Positions 9,404 through 19,029 of a DNA stretch of 64,000 nt are shown piece after piece (the first letter of the stretch is position 1; every line of letters begins with the position of its first letter). The position numbers and the translations under genes were made by a program. Under the pieces are notes generated by a model that saw nothing but the letters and a program-made list of their open reading frames with translations, was not told the DNA's origin and searched no databases. The stretch is from Bacillota bacterium (lineage in GTDB: Bacteria; Bacillota; Sulfobacillia; JAJZYS01; JAILZS01). Location of the stretch: NCBI GenBank assembly GCA_023512375.1, contig JAILZS010000003.1, forward strand, positions 27,260 to 91,259, read 5' to 3'.

Positions 9404-10401
9404 ACGGGTCGCGCCGCTTCCTCGCGTCTTTCCTGCCCGCGGCCGCCCTTTGCGCCGTCGTCGCCTTGGCTGCCCTCCTGTTCGCCGACGCGTATCTCGC
9501 CCAGGTGGCTTTCCTCACCGGGATCACCGTCATCCTCGTACTGGGGGAGAGCTTCGCCGTGGGCAACATGGGCCAGCTGCTCATGTGCCAGGCCGGCTTC
9601 TACGGAATCGGCGCCTACGTGTCGGCCCTCCTCGAGATGCATGGCATGCCCCCCTATCTGGCGCCGGCCGTGGGCATCACCTGCGGTGCGGTCTCCGGCC
9701 TCGTGGTGGGGCTGGCCGCCACGCGCATCCGCGGCCACTACCTGGCGATCGTCACGCTCGCGATCGGGGTCATCGTGGAGGAGTTGCTCAACAACCTGCA
9801 GGGCATCACCAACGGCCCCATCGGCCTCGTCGGCGTGCCGACGTTCTTCGGACCTCTCAACGCGGGCAACCAGGCCGACTACATCGTGGTCGTGTGGGGG
9901 GCGGTGATCGTCGTGCTCGGCTGTCTCGCCCTTCTGCGGGAGAGCCGGTTCGGCTGGTTCCTACGCGCCATCCGCGACTCCGAGGCCGCCGCCGAGAGCA
10001 TCGGCTTGCGCATCGGGACGTACCAGGTGGCCACGGTGACGGTGGCGGCGGCGGTCGCCGGTCTGGCGGGTGCGCTGTACACGAACTATGCGGGTCTATT
10101 GGTCCCCGACCTGTTCAGCTACGGCTTGTCCGCGCAGATTTTGGCCACCGCCGTCCTGGGCGGGATCAACAGCTTCGGCGGCGCCGTTGTCTCGAGCCTC
10201 GTCTTCAACGGCGTACCGCAGATGGCCCAGGTGACGGCCTTCTACCAGTACCTGATCTTCGGCGTGGTGCTGATCGTCATGATGCAGTTCGCCCCCAGGG
10301 GGTTGTCGCAGATCGGGGTGTACGCCGTCTCCCTGGCCCGCCGCCGCCTCCTCGGTTGGGGTGCGGGCCAACCCAACGCGGCGACGGTGAGGCGGCCGTG
10401 A
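9400..10401 (+). CDS. branched-chain amino acid ABC transporter permease (LivM-like)
   Basis: 333-aa polytopic permease. Start overlaps the LivH stop by 4 nt. Confidence 0.8.
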   Translation: MNGSRRFLASFLPAAALCAVVALAALLFADAYLAQVAFLTGITVILVLGESFAVGNMGQLLMCQAGFYGIGAYVSALLEMHGMPPYLAPAVGITCGAVSGLVVGLAATRIRGHYLAIVTLAIGVIVEELLNNLQGITNGPIGLVGVPTFFGPLNAGNQADYIVVVWGAVIVVLGCLALLRESRFGWFLRAIRDSEAAAESIGLRIGTYQVATVTVAAAVAGLAGALYTNYAGLLVPDLFSYGLSAQILATAVLGGINSFGGAVVSSLVFNGVPQMAQVTAFYQYLIFGVVLIVMMQFAPRGLSQIGVYAVSLARRRLLGWGAGQPNAATVRRP

Positions 10402-11117
10402 GCACCGGCGCGGTGGCCCTCGGGGCAGAGCGCGTATCGCGCGAGTTCGGCGGCGTCCAAGCCCTCAAGGACGTCTCGTTCGCCGTGGGAGAGGCGGAGA
10501 TCGTCGGCCTCATCGGGCCCAACGGCGCCGGCAAGACCACTGTGCTCAACGCCATCACCGGCGTCGACACCGCCTTTTCTGGCCGCATCACCTTTCGCGG
10601 TCAGGACGTCAGCCGCGTGCCCGCGCCCGTCCGGGCCCGGCTCGGCATGGCCCGCACGTTCCAGCGCGCCTCGCTCTTCCCGTCCATGTCCTGCTTCGAG
10701 AACGTGGCGGTGGCCGCGCTGGCCGCCGGCCTGTCCCAAACCGAGGCCCGGCGGCGGGCGGAGGAGGCGGTGGAGCGGGTAGGAGCGGGCGCGGTGGCCC
10801 AACGCCTAGCCGCCGAGGTGCCCCTGGGCACGCAGCGGCTGGTGGAGATCGCGCGCGCCATCGTGCGCCGGCCTACCCTCATGGTCCTGGACGAGCCGCT
10901 GAGCGGCCTGGAGGAGGCTGAGGTGGAGCGCGTCTGCCGGGTGATCCAGGAGCTCAACGCCGCGGGTCTCGCCTTTCTCTGGGTGGAGCACAACACCCGC
11001 GCGGTGCTCGCCATCTCCCATCGGGTCATCGTCCTGGACCTCGGGCGCAAGATCTTCGACGGCGGGGTGGACCAGGTCGGCGAGGCGAAGGAGGTGCTCG
11101 ATGCCTACCTCGGCTGA
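10398..11117 (+). CDS. ABC transporter ATP-binding protein (LivG-like)
   Basis: Walker A GPNGAGKTT, ABC signature LSGLEEAEV region, Walker B MVLDEP. GTG start overlaps the LivM stop. The real gene is the C-terminal 239 aa of a 555-aa six-frame ORF. Confidence 0.85.
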   Translation: MSTGAVALGAERVSREFGGVQALKDVSFAVGEAEIVGLIGPNGAGKTTVLNAITGVDTAFSGRITFRGQDVSRVPAPVRARLGMARTFQRASLFPSMSCFENVAVAALAAGLSQTEARRRAEEAVERVGAGAVAQRLAAEVPLGTQRLVEIARAIVRRPTLMVLDEPLSGLEEAEVERVCRVIQELNAAGLAFLWVEHNTRAVLAISHRVIVLDLGRKIFDGGVDQVGEAKEVLDAYLG

Positions 11118-11829
11118 AGCGCCGGCGGCGCTGCGGGTATGCGACCTCACCGCCGGCTACGGGGCGGGTACCGTGGTCAAGGGTGTCTCCCTCGAGGTAC
11201 GCCCAGGCGAACGCCTGTGCATCATCGGCCCCAACGGCGCGGGCAAGAGCACCCTGCTCCGCGTCCTGAGCGGCCTTCGCCCGCCCGTCTCCGGCACCGT
11301 CTCCCTCCTGGGCGAAGACGTCACGCACGCCCCGCCGGACCTGCGGCTGCGCCGGGGCCTGGTGCTGGTGCCCGAGGGGCGGGGCATCTTCTACGGCCTC
11401 ACGGTGGACGAGAACCTGACCATGGGCTCGGTAGCCTTTCCTCGCACCCAAGAGCTCGAAAACCGGGAGCGGGTGCTCGCCGTCTTCCCCGTCCTCCGCC
11501 AGTTCCGCAACCGCCTGGCCGGACTGCTCAGCGGCGGCCAGCAGCAGATGCTGGCCATCGCCCGCGGCCTCATGGCGGGACCCCGGGTGCTCATGCTCGA
11601 CGAGCCCTCGCTCGGCCTGTCGCCCCAGGCCATCCGAGAGCTGGTGGCCTCGCTCGAGGCCTGGTGCGCGGCGTACGGCACCGCGGTCCTGCTGGTGGAG
11701 CAGAACTCGTCCGTAGCGCTGCGCTTTGCGCAGCGGGCGTACGTGATGGCGCGGGGGGAGTTCGTATACGCGGGGGACACGGCGGCGATGGCGGCGGACG
11801 GGTCCCTCCTCAAGTACTACCTGCAGTAG
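11101..11829 (+). CDS. ABC transporter ATP-binding protein (LivF-like)
   Basis: Walker A GPNGAGKST, LSGGQQQML signature, Walker B LMLDEPS. Confidence 0.85.
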   Translation: MPTSAEAPAALRVCDLTAGYGAGTVVKGVSLEVRPGERLCIIGPNGAGKSTLLRVLSGLRPPVSGTVSLLGEDVTHAPPDLRLRRGLVLVPEGRGIFYGLTVDENLTMGSVAFPRTQELENRERVLAVFPVLRQFRNRLAGLLSGGQQQMLAIARGLMAGPRVLMLDEPSLGLSPQAIRELVASLEAWCAAYGTAVLLVEQNSSVALRFAQRAYVMARGEFVYAGDTAAMAADGSLLKYYLQ

Positions 11830-11838
11830 GGAAGGGAG

Positions 11839-12771
11839 GTGGAGGAGATGGGCCCTGCCGAGCCCCTCGCGGTGGTCGGCCTGGGCAGCATGGGGCTGGC
11901 CACGGCGGAGCACCTTCGAGACCTGGGGCACCCGGTGTACGGTTACGACCCGAGCGCAGCGGCGTGCGAGCGCGCAGCCCAGGCCGGGGTGGTCGTGCTT
12001 GCCGATCCGGCCGAGGTGGGGCGCGCCGCGGCGGTGGTCTACCTGGCCGTGCCAGACGGCGAGGCGGTATTCGCCGCCGTGGACGGATTGGCGCGCGCCG
12101 GGCGGCGGCCCCTCGCCATCCTCGACATGTCGACCCTCTCGCCCGGGGCAGCGCGGGCCGCACGGGACCGCGCCCGCGCCCTGGGCTGCCGCTACGTCGA
12201 GGTGCCGGTGGCCCGTGCAGTGCGGGCCGCCCGCACCGGCAACCTGCTGGCGATGGTGGCCTGCCCCGAGGAGGAGCTGGGCGAGGTGCGGCCGTGGGTG
12301 GAGCGCATCGCCAGCGACGTCGTCTGGGCCGGGCCCCCCGGCAGCGGCCAGGCCCTGAAGGCGATCCACAACCTCAAGATCCTGGGCGAGGTGGCGCTCA
12401 TCGCGGAGAGCGTGGCGCTCGCACGCGCGCACGGCGTGCCCGAGGCCAGCCTGGAGCGGGTGCTGCGCACCGGCTCCAGCCAGAGCTTCATGGTCGACTA
12501 CCAGCTCGGCCGCATGCTCGGCGGCGACTACGCGCCCGGGTTCCGCATCGTCCTGGCCGAGAAGGACTTGGCCATCGCCCTGTCCATGGCCGATGAAGTC
12601 GGCCTCCACCTGGAGGTGACGGAGGCGGCGCTGGCCAGCTACGCGCGCGCAGAGCGGAGCGGCTGGGGACAGATGGACACGGCCGCCCTGCTGTCCTACC
12701 TGACCCGCGCCGCGCCCTCGGACACTGGTGCCCAGAGCCCCCCCAGCACGCAGAGCCCAAGGAAAGGATGA
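11839..12771 (+). CDS. NAD(P)-dependent oxidoreductase, 3-hydroxyisobutyrate dehydrogenase / 6-phosphogluconate dehydrogenase NAD-binding family
   Basis: N-terminal GLGSMG dinucleotide-binding motif and the HIBADH-like central and C-terminal regions. Confidence 0.8.
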   Translation: MEEMGPAEPLAVVGLGSMGLATAEHLRDLGHPVYGYDPSAAACERAAQAGVVVLADPAEVGRAAAVVYLAVPDGEAVFAAVDGLARAGRRPLAILDMSTLSPGAARAARDRARALGCRYVEVPVARAVRAARTGNLLAMVACPEEELGEVRPWVERIASDVVWAGPPGSGQALKAIHNLKILGEVALIAESVALARAHGVPEASLERVLRTGSSQSFMVDYQLGRMLGGDYAPGFRIVLAEKDLAIALSMADEVGLHLEVTEAALASYARAERSGWGQMDTAALLSYLTRAAPSDTGAQSPPSTQSPRKG

Positions 12772-13703
12772 CACGAGCGGTGTTCGAACGCGCCATCGAC
12801 GTCCACACGCACCCGTTCACCGACGAGACACGGATGGGCCACGGCCCGTCATACACGGAGGCGCACGAGTACTTCGGCTCCAGCAGCGAGTCCGCGCACG
12901 CCTCGGGCGGACACCGGGCGAAGTCGATCGACGAGAGCTACGCGGAACTGAAGGAAGGGGGCGTGGTGCGCCGCGCCGTGGTGGTGAACATGAACGCCTG
13001 CACCACCTACGGACGGGCCCTGGCGAACGACTACATCGCCCGCTACGTGCGCGAGCACCCCGACCTGTACATCGGTTTCGGCAGCGTCGACCCCAACATG
13101 CCGCGGCGTAGGGCGGTGGACGAGGTACGGCGTTGCAAGGAGGAGCTGGGGCTCACCGGCCTCAAGTTCCATCCCGCCTATCAGGAGTTCTTCCCCAACG
13201 ACCACGAGAAGGCCTACCCCATCTACGAGGAATGCGTCCGCCTCGGCATGCCGGTGCTATTCCACACCGGGACGACGCGTATGACGCGTTGCAACATCCG
13301 CTCCTGCAAGCCGGAGTACCTGGACGAGGTGGCCACCGATTTCCCCGAGCTGCGGATCATCATGAGCCACTTCGGCTGGCCGTGGACAGAAGAGAGCCTG
13401 GCCGTGCTTTGGCGCCACGAGCACGTGTACATGGACTTGTCGGGCTGGATGCCCAAGTACATCTACGGGGCGCAACCGATCGTCTTCCAGTACATGAACA
13501 CCGTGCTGCAGGACAAGTTCGTTTTCGGCTCCGACTACCCGGCGATCACCCCGCAGAACTGGCTGCGCCAGTTTCGAACCTATGCCGAAGAGGGGTTCGA
13601 GTGGGGGGGAAGCCACCACGTCCTTAGCGCCCAGACCGTAGAAAAATTCCTGTGGCTCAACCCGATCCGCGCCCTCGGGCTGGATCCGGCCGCACTGGAT
13701 TAG
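12768..13703 (+). CDS. amidohydrolase-2 (ACMSD/LigW-type metal-dependent hydrolase/decarboxylase) family protein
   Basis: IDVHTHPF metal-binding start motif, later His and Asp ligands (LFHTG, FGSDYP). ATGA overlap with the upstream stop. Confidence 0.8.
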   Translation: MTRAVFERAIDVHTHPFTDETRMGHGPSYTEAHEYFGSSSESAHASGGHRAKSIDESYAELKEGGVVRRAVVVNMNACTTYGRALANDYIARYVREHPDLYIGFGSVDPNMPRRRAVDEVRRCKEELGLTGLKFHPAYQEFFPNDHEKAYPIYEECVRLGMPVLFHTGTTRMTRCNIRSCKPEYLDEVATDFPELRIIMSHFGWPWTEESLAVLWRHEHVYMDLSGWMPKYIYGAQPIVFQYMNTVLQDKFVFGSDYPAITPQNWLRQFRTYAEEGFEWGGSHHVLSAQTVEKFLWLNPIRALGLDPAALD

Positions 13704-13717
13704 GGGTGCGGCACGGC

Positions 13718-14629
13718 ATGCGCTTCCTTTCCTTGCCTGAGATGGTGTCCCGGTACGTCCACTCCGGCGCCACCCTGTACATCGGCGGCTTCGCGTTCGA
13801 CGACCCGCTGGCGGTAGCGCACGAGATCGTCCGCCAGGGCATTCGCGACCTCACCGTGATCAAGAGCAGCGGCGGCATCGTGGTCGATCTCTTGATCGGA
13901 GCGGGGGCCATCCGCCGCCTCCTTGTCAGCCACCTGTGGAACTCGGTGGGCCCGACGCCGGCGCACGCCTTTCGCCGCGCCGTGGAGCGCGGCCAGCCGC
14001 CGATCGAGCTGGAGGAGCTCAGCTACGGGGCCTTCACGTGCGGCCTACTGGCCGGCGGCATGGGGCTGCCGTTCATGCCCACCACGCCGCTCATGGGCAC
14101 GGGCACCTTCGGCGAGCGCACGTTCCTGCCCGACAAACTGGCGACGGTGCGGTCGCCGTTCGACCCTGCGTCGGAGGTCGTGGTGGTGAAGGCCATCGCC
14201 CCGCCGCTCGGCATCTTCCACGTGGCGCGCGTGGACCGCGAGGGCACGGCCCAAATCCTCGGCCCCGTGGCCGAGACGCGCCTGGCGATGGCCGCCTGCC
14301 AGCGCGTGCTGCTCATCGCGGAGGAGGTGGTCGACACGGCCGCAATCCGCTCCCGGCCGGAGTGCACGGTCGCCTTCGGCGCCCAGGTAGAGGCGGTGGC
14401 GGTCGTGCCCTTCGGCGCCTTCCCCACCGACTGCCACGGTTACTACCGGCGTGACCTCGCCTATCACCTGGAGTACGCCCAGGCCACCGCCAGCCCGGAG
14501 GGATTCGAGGCGTACGTGGCGCGCGAGGTGCGGGGGGTGGCCGACCACGGCGAGTTCCTGGCCCGCCTGGGAGCGGAGCGCCTGGCGGGGTTGGCAACCC
14601 GGCAGGAGCGGTGGTGGTCGGTGGCATGA
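13718..14629 (+). CDS. CoA-transferase subunit A (class I, 3-oxoadipate/glutaconate CoA-transferase alpha-like)
   Basis: ATG 13718 (MRFLSLPEM...). Typical subunit-A N-terminus: GATLYIGGFAFDDPLAVAHEIVRQGIRDLTVI. Confidence 0.8.
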   Translation: MRFLSLPEMVSRYVHSGATLYIGGFAFDDPLAVAHEIVRQGIRDLTVIKSSGGIVVDLLIGAGAIRRLLVSHLWNSVGPTPAHAFRRAVERGQPPIELEELSYGAFTCGLLAGGMGLPFMPTTPLMGTGTFGERTFLPDKLATVRSPFDPASEVVVVKAIAPPLGIFHVARVDREGTAQILGPVAETRLAMAACQRVLLIAEEVVDTAAIRSRPECTVAFGAQVEAVAVVPFGAFPTDCHGYYRRDLAYHLEYAQATASPEGFEAYVAREVRGVADHGEFLARLGAERLAGLATRQERWWSVA

Positions 14630-15411
14630 GCTTCGCGCGCATGCTCCTCCGGGCGGCGGCCGAGATCCCCGAAGGCGGCGTGGTGTTCGTGGGCTTCCAC
14701 TGGCCGATGCTCGTGGCGCGGGTGGCACGCCGGGTGTACGGACGGCGCTTCCTCGAGGTGTACGAGAACGGCGTGGTCGTCGACCGCCTGAGCGAGGAGG
14801 TCCCCACCTCCCCGTGCGACTTCCGGTTCATGGACTCCGCCGTCGCCGCCCTGGGCAGCATGGAGGCCCTGTACCTGGTGCTCGGCCGCGGCCGCTGCGA
14901 CCTGGCCATCCTCGACGCGCCCATCGTCGACCGCCACGGCAACGTGGACAGCACCTGCGTGGGCCCCTACCGGCATCCCAGGGTGCGCCTAGCGGGCTCG
15001 GGCGGAGCGGCCGAGCTGGGCGCCTTCGGCCGCACGCTACTCGTGACCTCGAACCGCGAGGCCCGTTCCTACCCGGCCCAGGTGCCCTTCGTCACCACCC
15101 CGGGTCTCGTCGTCGGCGGGGCCGCGCGCGAGGAGTTGGGGTACCCGTCCGGCACCGGCCCGGTCGGGCTGGTCACACCGCTCGGCATGCTGCGGCCGGA
15201 CGCGGGCCGGCGCGAACTCCTCCTCGTCGAACGCTTCGCCGGCGTCTCCCCCGACGAGGTCGCCGCCACCTTCGGTTGGCCGGCAGTCGGGCGGTGGGAC
15301 GACGTGGCGGTGTGGCCGGAGCCCGACGCCGAGGCGCTGGCCCTCGTCGACGACGAGCTGGCCCGGGCGCGCAGCAACTTCTACCGCTTGCCGGAGGAGG
15401 TGGTGGGATGA
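14626..15411 (+). CDS. CoA-transferase subunit B (class I)
   Basis: ATGA overlap with subunit A. Subunit-B like N-terminus (MLLRAAAEIPEGGVVFVGF...). Confidence 0.8.
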   Translation: MSFARMLLRAAAEIPEGGVVFVGFHWPMLVARVARRVYGRRFLEVYENGVVVDRLSEEVPTSPCDFRFMDSAVAALGSMEALYLVLGRGRCDLAILDAPIVDRHGNVDSTCVGPYRHPRVRLAGSGGAAELGAFGRTLLVTSNREARSYPAQVPFVTTPGLVVGGAAREELGYPSGTGPVGLVTPLGMLRPDAGRRELLLVERFAGVSPDEVAATFGWPAVGRWDDVAVWPEPDAEALALVDDELARARSNFYRLPEEVVG

Positions 15412-16583
15412 CTCCCCTTCCCCTTGCGGGCGTGCGCGTCCTCGACCTCTCCCGCGTGCTCGCGGGCCCGTTCAGCACGATGATGCTCGGCGACCTGGGC
15501 GCGGACGTCGTCAAAGTGGAGCTTCCGGGCCGAGGTGACGATCTGCGGGCCTGGGGCCCGCCGTTCCTCGCCAGCGGCGAGAGCACCTACTTCTTGGCCG
15601 TCAACCGCAACAAGCGCTCCCTCGCCCTGGACCTGCGGGTGCCCGCCGACGGGGAGCGGTTCCGCGCCCTCCTTGCGCGCGCCGACGTCCTGGTGGAGAA
15701 CTTCCGCGCCGGGTACCTCGAACGACTGGGCTACACGGATGCCGCCTTCGAAGCGATCAACCCGCACCTGGTGCGCTGCACGATCCACGCCTTCTCCAGC
15801 CCGGCGATGCAGGGCGTGCCAGGCTACGACCTCATCCTCCAGGCGATGAGCGGCGTGATGGACGTCACCGGCCCGGTGGAGGGCCCACCCTCCAAGGTCG
15901 GGTTCGCGGCGGTGGACGTGCTCACCGGGCTGTACGCCGCTCTCGCCGTCGCCGCCGCCCTGGCGCGACCCGAGCCACGCCGCTACCTGAGGCTGGATCT
16001 GGCCATGCTCGACTGCGCCGCAGCGTCGATGGTGAACTGGGCCAGCGGCTACCTCCTGGCCGGCGCCCGCCCTGAGCGCCTGGGCAACGCGCACCCCAAC
16101 GTGGCGCCATACGACGTGTTTGCCGCCCAGGACGGCCACGTCGCTATCGCCTGCGGCAACCAGAGCCAGTGGGAGGCACTGTGCCGGGTGCTGGACCGAC
16201 CCGAGTTCCTGACGCGCCCTGAGTGGGCGACGAACGCCGGTCGGGTGCGCGACCGCGCGAACCTGAACGCCGCCCTTGGAGAGGTGATCGCACAGGAGGC
16301 GGCCGACGCATGGGTGGAGCGCCTCAACGCCGGCGGCATCCCCTGCCAGCGCGTCTCCGACCTGCCGAGCGTGATCGAGCGCGGCGTCCTGGACCCGTCG
16401 GCGGTGGTCGGTCCCCCGCCCGGGCAGGAGGCCTCCGGCCTGAGGTGGATCTCCAATCCCATCCGCCTCAACGACGAGCGCCTGGCGGTACGCACCGTGG
16501 TGCGCGCGGTCGGGGAGCACGGCCGGGAGGTCCTGCGCGACTGGCTGGGAGAGGAAGGGGGAACGACGGGCGATGGACCTTGA
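15408..16583 (+). CDS. CaiB/BaiF family CoA-transferase (class III), copy 1
   Basis: GVRVLDLSRVLAGPFSTMMLGDLGADVVKVE N-terminal signature of family III CoA-transferases. ATG 15408 overlaps the upstream stop. The real gene is the C-terminal 391 aa of a 710-aa six-frame ORF. Confidence 0.85.
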   Translation: MTPLPLAGVRVLDLSRVLAGPFSTMMLGDLGADVVKVELPGRGDDLRAWGPPFLASGESTYFLAVNRNKRSLALDLRVPADGERFRALLARADVLVENFRAGYLERLGYTDAAFEAINPHLVRCTIHAFSSPAMQGVPGYDLILQAMSGVMDVTGPVEGPPSKVGFAAVDVLTGLYAALAVAAALARPEPRRYLRLDLAMLDCAAASMVNWASGYLLAGARPERLGNAHPNVAPYDVFAAQDGHVAIACGNQSQWEALCRVLDRPEFLTRPEWATNAGRVRDRANLNAALGEVIAQEAADAWVERLNAGGIPCQRVSDLPSVIERGVLDPSAVVGPPPGQEASGLRWISNPIRLNDERLAVRTVVRAVGEHGREVLRDWLGEEGGTTGDGP

Positions 16584-17358
16584 ACTCGACGGCAAGATCG
16601 CGCTCGTGGCGGGGGGAGGGCGCGGAATTGGGCGCGCCGTGGCGCTGTCCCTGCTTGCCGAGGGGGCGAGGGTGACCGCGGCGTCGCGGTCGCAGGCGCC
16701 CCTCGCCGAACTCGAGGCGGCGGCGGGCAGCGCCGCCGGCCGGCTCGCCACCCTGGCTCTCGACCTCACCGAGCCCGGGGCGGCCGAGCGCGCGGTGGAG
16801 GAGACTGCGCGCCGCTGGGGCGGGGTGGATGCGGTCGTGAGCACCGTGGGAAGCGCCCCCCCGGGCCGCATCGACCAGTTGGACGACGCGGCCTGGGAGC
16901 TCTCTTTCCGGACGAAGCTCATGACGTTCGTCCGCCTGGCCCGGGCGGCCATCCCCCTCATGGAGGGGCGGGGCGGTGGTGTCCTTTGCGTGGTGGGCGG
17001 CACCGCCGGGCAGCAGCCCGACCCCTGGTTGGTGGCGGGAGGGGCGGTGAACGCCGCCGTACACAACGCGGTGAAGGGCATGGCGGCGCCGCTGGCCGCC
17101 AGGGGGATCCGCGTCCTGGCGGTCTCTCCGGCGCCCACCCAGACCGACCGGTGGCAGGGGCTGAAGGCCGGGGCGGCGCGGGCGCTGGGCCTTGCCGCCG
17201 ACGAGGCCGAGGCCGCCCTCACGGCAACGCTGCCGCTGGGCCGCCCCGCCCGGCCCGAAGAGGTCGCCTCCGTGGTCACGTTCCTCGTCTCGCCCAAGGC
17301 GTCGTACGTCACGGGCGCGAGCGTACTCGTGGACGGCGGGCAGGTACGCGGCCTCTAA
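16573..17358 (+). CDS. SDR family oxidoreductase
   Basis: GKIALVAGGGRGIGRAV cofactor motif, plus catalytic Tyr/Lys region. Confidence 0.8.
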   Translation: MDLELDGKIALVAGGGRGIGRAVALSLLAEGARVTAASRSQAPLAELEAAAGSAAGRLATLALDLTEPGAAERAVEETARRWGGVDAVVSTVGSAPPGRIDQLDDAAWELSFRTKLMTFVRLARAAIPLMEGRGGGVLCVVGGTAGQQPDPWLVAGGAVNAAVHNAVKGMAAPLAARGIRVLAVSPAPTQTDRWQGLKAGAARALGLAADEAEAALTATLPLGRPARPEEVASVVTFLVSPKASYVTGASVLVDGGQVRGL

Positions 17359-17382
17359 CCGTCCCCTCGATGAGCGAAAGGA

Positions 17383-17739
17383 GTGGGAGACATGGCAATG
17401 CCGACGGTCGTCCGGGGCGCCGAACGCACGGATGCACCCGTGCCGTGGGGAACGGAGCGGCACTACCTCGACATCGGCGCCGGCCCGAGCGCGGTCCGCC
17501 TCACCACGTCGACCTTCCCGCCGGGGCTCACCCATGCGTGGCACGAGCACCCCGACGAATGGGAGGTGATCTTCGTCCTGGACGGCACCTGCCGGCACGA
17601 GTCCGAGGCAGGGACCTTCGACCTCGTCCCCGGCGACGCGGTGTGGATCCCGGCGGCCACACGCCACCGCACCACCAACCCATCGCCCGACCGGACGATG
17701 ACCTGCCTGGTCCTCAAGGGCCCGGGGGGAGGGGCGTGA
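17383..17739 (+). CDS. cupin domain protein (possible small metal-dependent dioxygenase/isomerase)
   Basis: Cupin motif 1 HAWHEHPDEWEVIFVLDG and motif 2 GDAVWIPAATRH with conserved His/Glu metal ligands. Confidence 0.6.
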   Translation: MGDMAMPTVVRGAERTDAPVPWGTERHYLDIGAGPSAVRLTTSTFPPGLTHAWHEHPDEWEVIFVLDGTCRHESEAGTFDLVPGDAVWIPAATRHRTTNPSPDRTMTCLVLKGPGGGA

Positions 17740-18512
17740 ACGCTTTGCAGGTCCGAACGCAGCTGGCGCACTCGGACGCGGACCGGATCGAGGTGCGCGG
17801 GCACGACCTCAACGACCTCATCGGCCGGGTCTCCCTCACCGACATGCTGTTCCTGGAGGTGCAGGGCCGCCTTCCCGCCCCCTCCGAACGCCGTCTGGCC
17901 GACGCCGCTTTGGTCACCCTCGTAGAGCACGGCTTCACCCCCAGCGCCATCGCCGCCCGCATGACCCACCTCGGCAGCCCGGACTTTCTGCAGGGTGCCG
18001 TCGCCGCCGGCCTCTTGGGCCTGGGGTCGACGTTCGTGGGCTCGATCGAGGGCGCCGCCCGCATGCTGCAGGAGGCGGTGGCGGCCGCCGGTGCGGACAT
18101 GCGCCCGGCAGACGTCGCCGACGCCGTGGTGGCCGCCTACCGGCGGGACGGGCGGGCGATCCCGGGCCTTGGCCATCACCTGCACAAGCGGGCCGACCCG
18201 CGTGTCGCCCGCCTCTATGAGATCGCCCAGGAAGAAGGTCGAGTCGGGCCTCACCTCGCGGTGCTTGGCGAGCTCGAGGCCGCATTCGAGCGCCAGAGCG
18301 GCAAGTTCCTGCCCGTCAACGCCACGGGCGCCATCGGCGCCGTCGCCTCGGACCTTGGCTTCGACTGGCGGGTGTGCCGGGCGTTTGGCATCGTAGCGCG
18401 CTGCGTCGGCCTCGTCGGCCATGTGTGGGAGGAGATGCGCCAGCCCGTGGCGCGGGCCATCTGGCACGAGGTGGAGCGGGCCGCCGGCCCGCCCGCGCCC
18501 GGCCAGGCGTAG
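17736..18512 (+). CDS. citrate synthase-like short protein (citryl-CoA lyase-like)
   Basis: About 258 aa, corresponding to the C-terminal catalytic part of citrate synthase, including the GLGHHLHKRADPR motif (citrate synthase GHRVYK..DPR with catalytic His). The size matches stand-alone citryl-CoA lyases. GTG start overlaps the cupin stop. Confidence 0.65.
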   Translation: MNALQVRTQLAHSDADRIEVRGHDLNDLIGRVSLTDMLFLEVQGRLPAPSERRLADAALVTLVEHGFTPSAIAARMTHLGSPDFLQGAVAAGLLGLGSTFVGSIEGAARMLQEAVAAAGADMRPADVADAVVAAYRRDGRAIPGLGHHLHKRADPRVARLYEIAQEEGRVGPHLAVLGELEAAFERQSGKFLPVNATGAIGAVASDLGFDWRVCRAFGIVARCVGLVGHVWEEMRQPVARAIWHEVERAAGPPAPGQA

Positions 18513-18555
18513 CGGCCGCGTGGCGCCGGTAACGACGACAGGAGGTGGGGCTTTC

Positions 18556-19029
18556 TTGTCGACGGGCCCGTACTTCGAGGACTTCGCTCCCGGTCAGGTG
18601 TTCCGCCACTGGCCGGGGCGGACGATCACAGAGGCGGACGACACCTTCTTCTGCATGATGACCATGAACCACAACCCTCTGCACTTTGACGCGCACTACG
18701 CGGCCAAGCGCCAACACGGACAGCGGGTGGTGGTCGGCACGCTGGTGTTCAGCTTGGCCGTGGGGATGAGCGTGCGCGACATCAGCCTCAACGCCGTCGC
18801 GAACCTCGACTACGAGGAGGTCCGGCACGTCGCACCCGTGTTCCACGGCGACACCATCTACGCACAGAGCGAGATCCTCGAGGTGCGTCCGTCGCAGTCC
18901 AAGCCGGACCGCGGCATCGTGCACCTGAGAACGACGGCGACCAATCAGGACGGGCAGGTGGTCCTCACCTTCCGCCGCCACGTCATGATCCCGCGCCGGC
19001 CACCCGAACGCGATAGGGGGAACGCCTGA
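18556..19029 (+). CDS. MaoC-like (R)-specific enoyl-CoA hydratase/dehydratase (hot-dog fold)
   Basis: TTG start after an AGGAGG RBS. Hot-dog hydratase motifs (FDAHYAAK, HGDTIYAQSEILEVR). Confidence 0.8.
   Translation: MSTGPYFEDFAPGQVFRHWPGRTITEADDTFFCMMTMNHNPLHFDAHYAAKRQHGQRVVVGTLVFSLAVGMSVRDISLNAVANLDYEEVRHVAPVFHGDTIYAQSEILEVRPSQSKPDRGIVHLRTTATNQDGQVVLTFRRHVMIPRRPPERDRGNA

Noticed and set aside
9450-11117. 555-aa ORF
   Set aside because: Only the C-terminal LivG-like ATPase (from GTG 10398) is real. The upstream part is an alternate frame of the LivM permease gene.
11026-12774. 582-aa antisense ORF opposite LivF/HIBADH genes
   Set aside because: Antisense to two well-supported genes. Low-complexity R/G/A/P composition.
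14451-16583. 710-aa plus-strand ORF
   Set aside because: Real gene (CaiB-type CoA-transferase) begins at ATG 15408. The upstream 319 aa overlap the CoA-transferase B gene out of frame.
15381-17312. 643-aa antisense ORF
   Set aside because: Antisense to the CaiB and SDR genes. No motifs.
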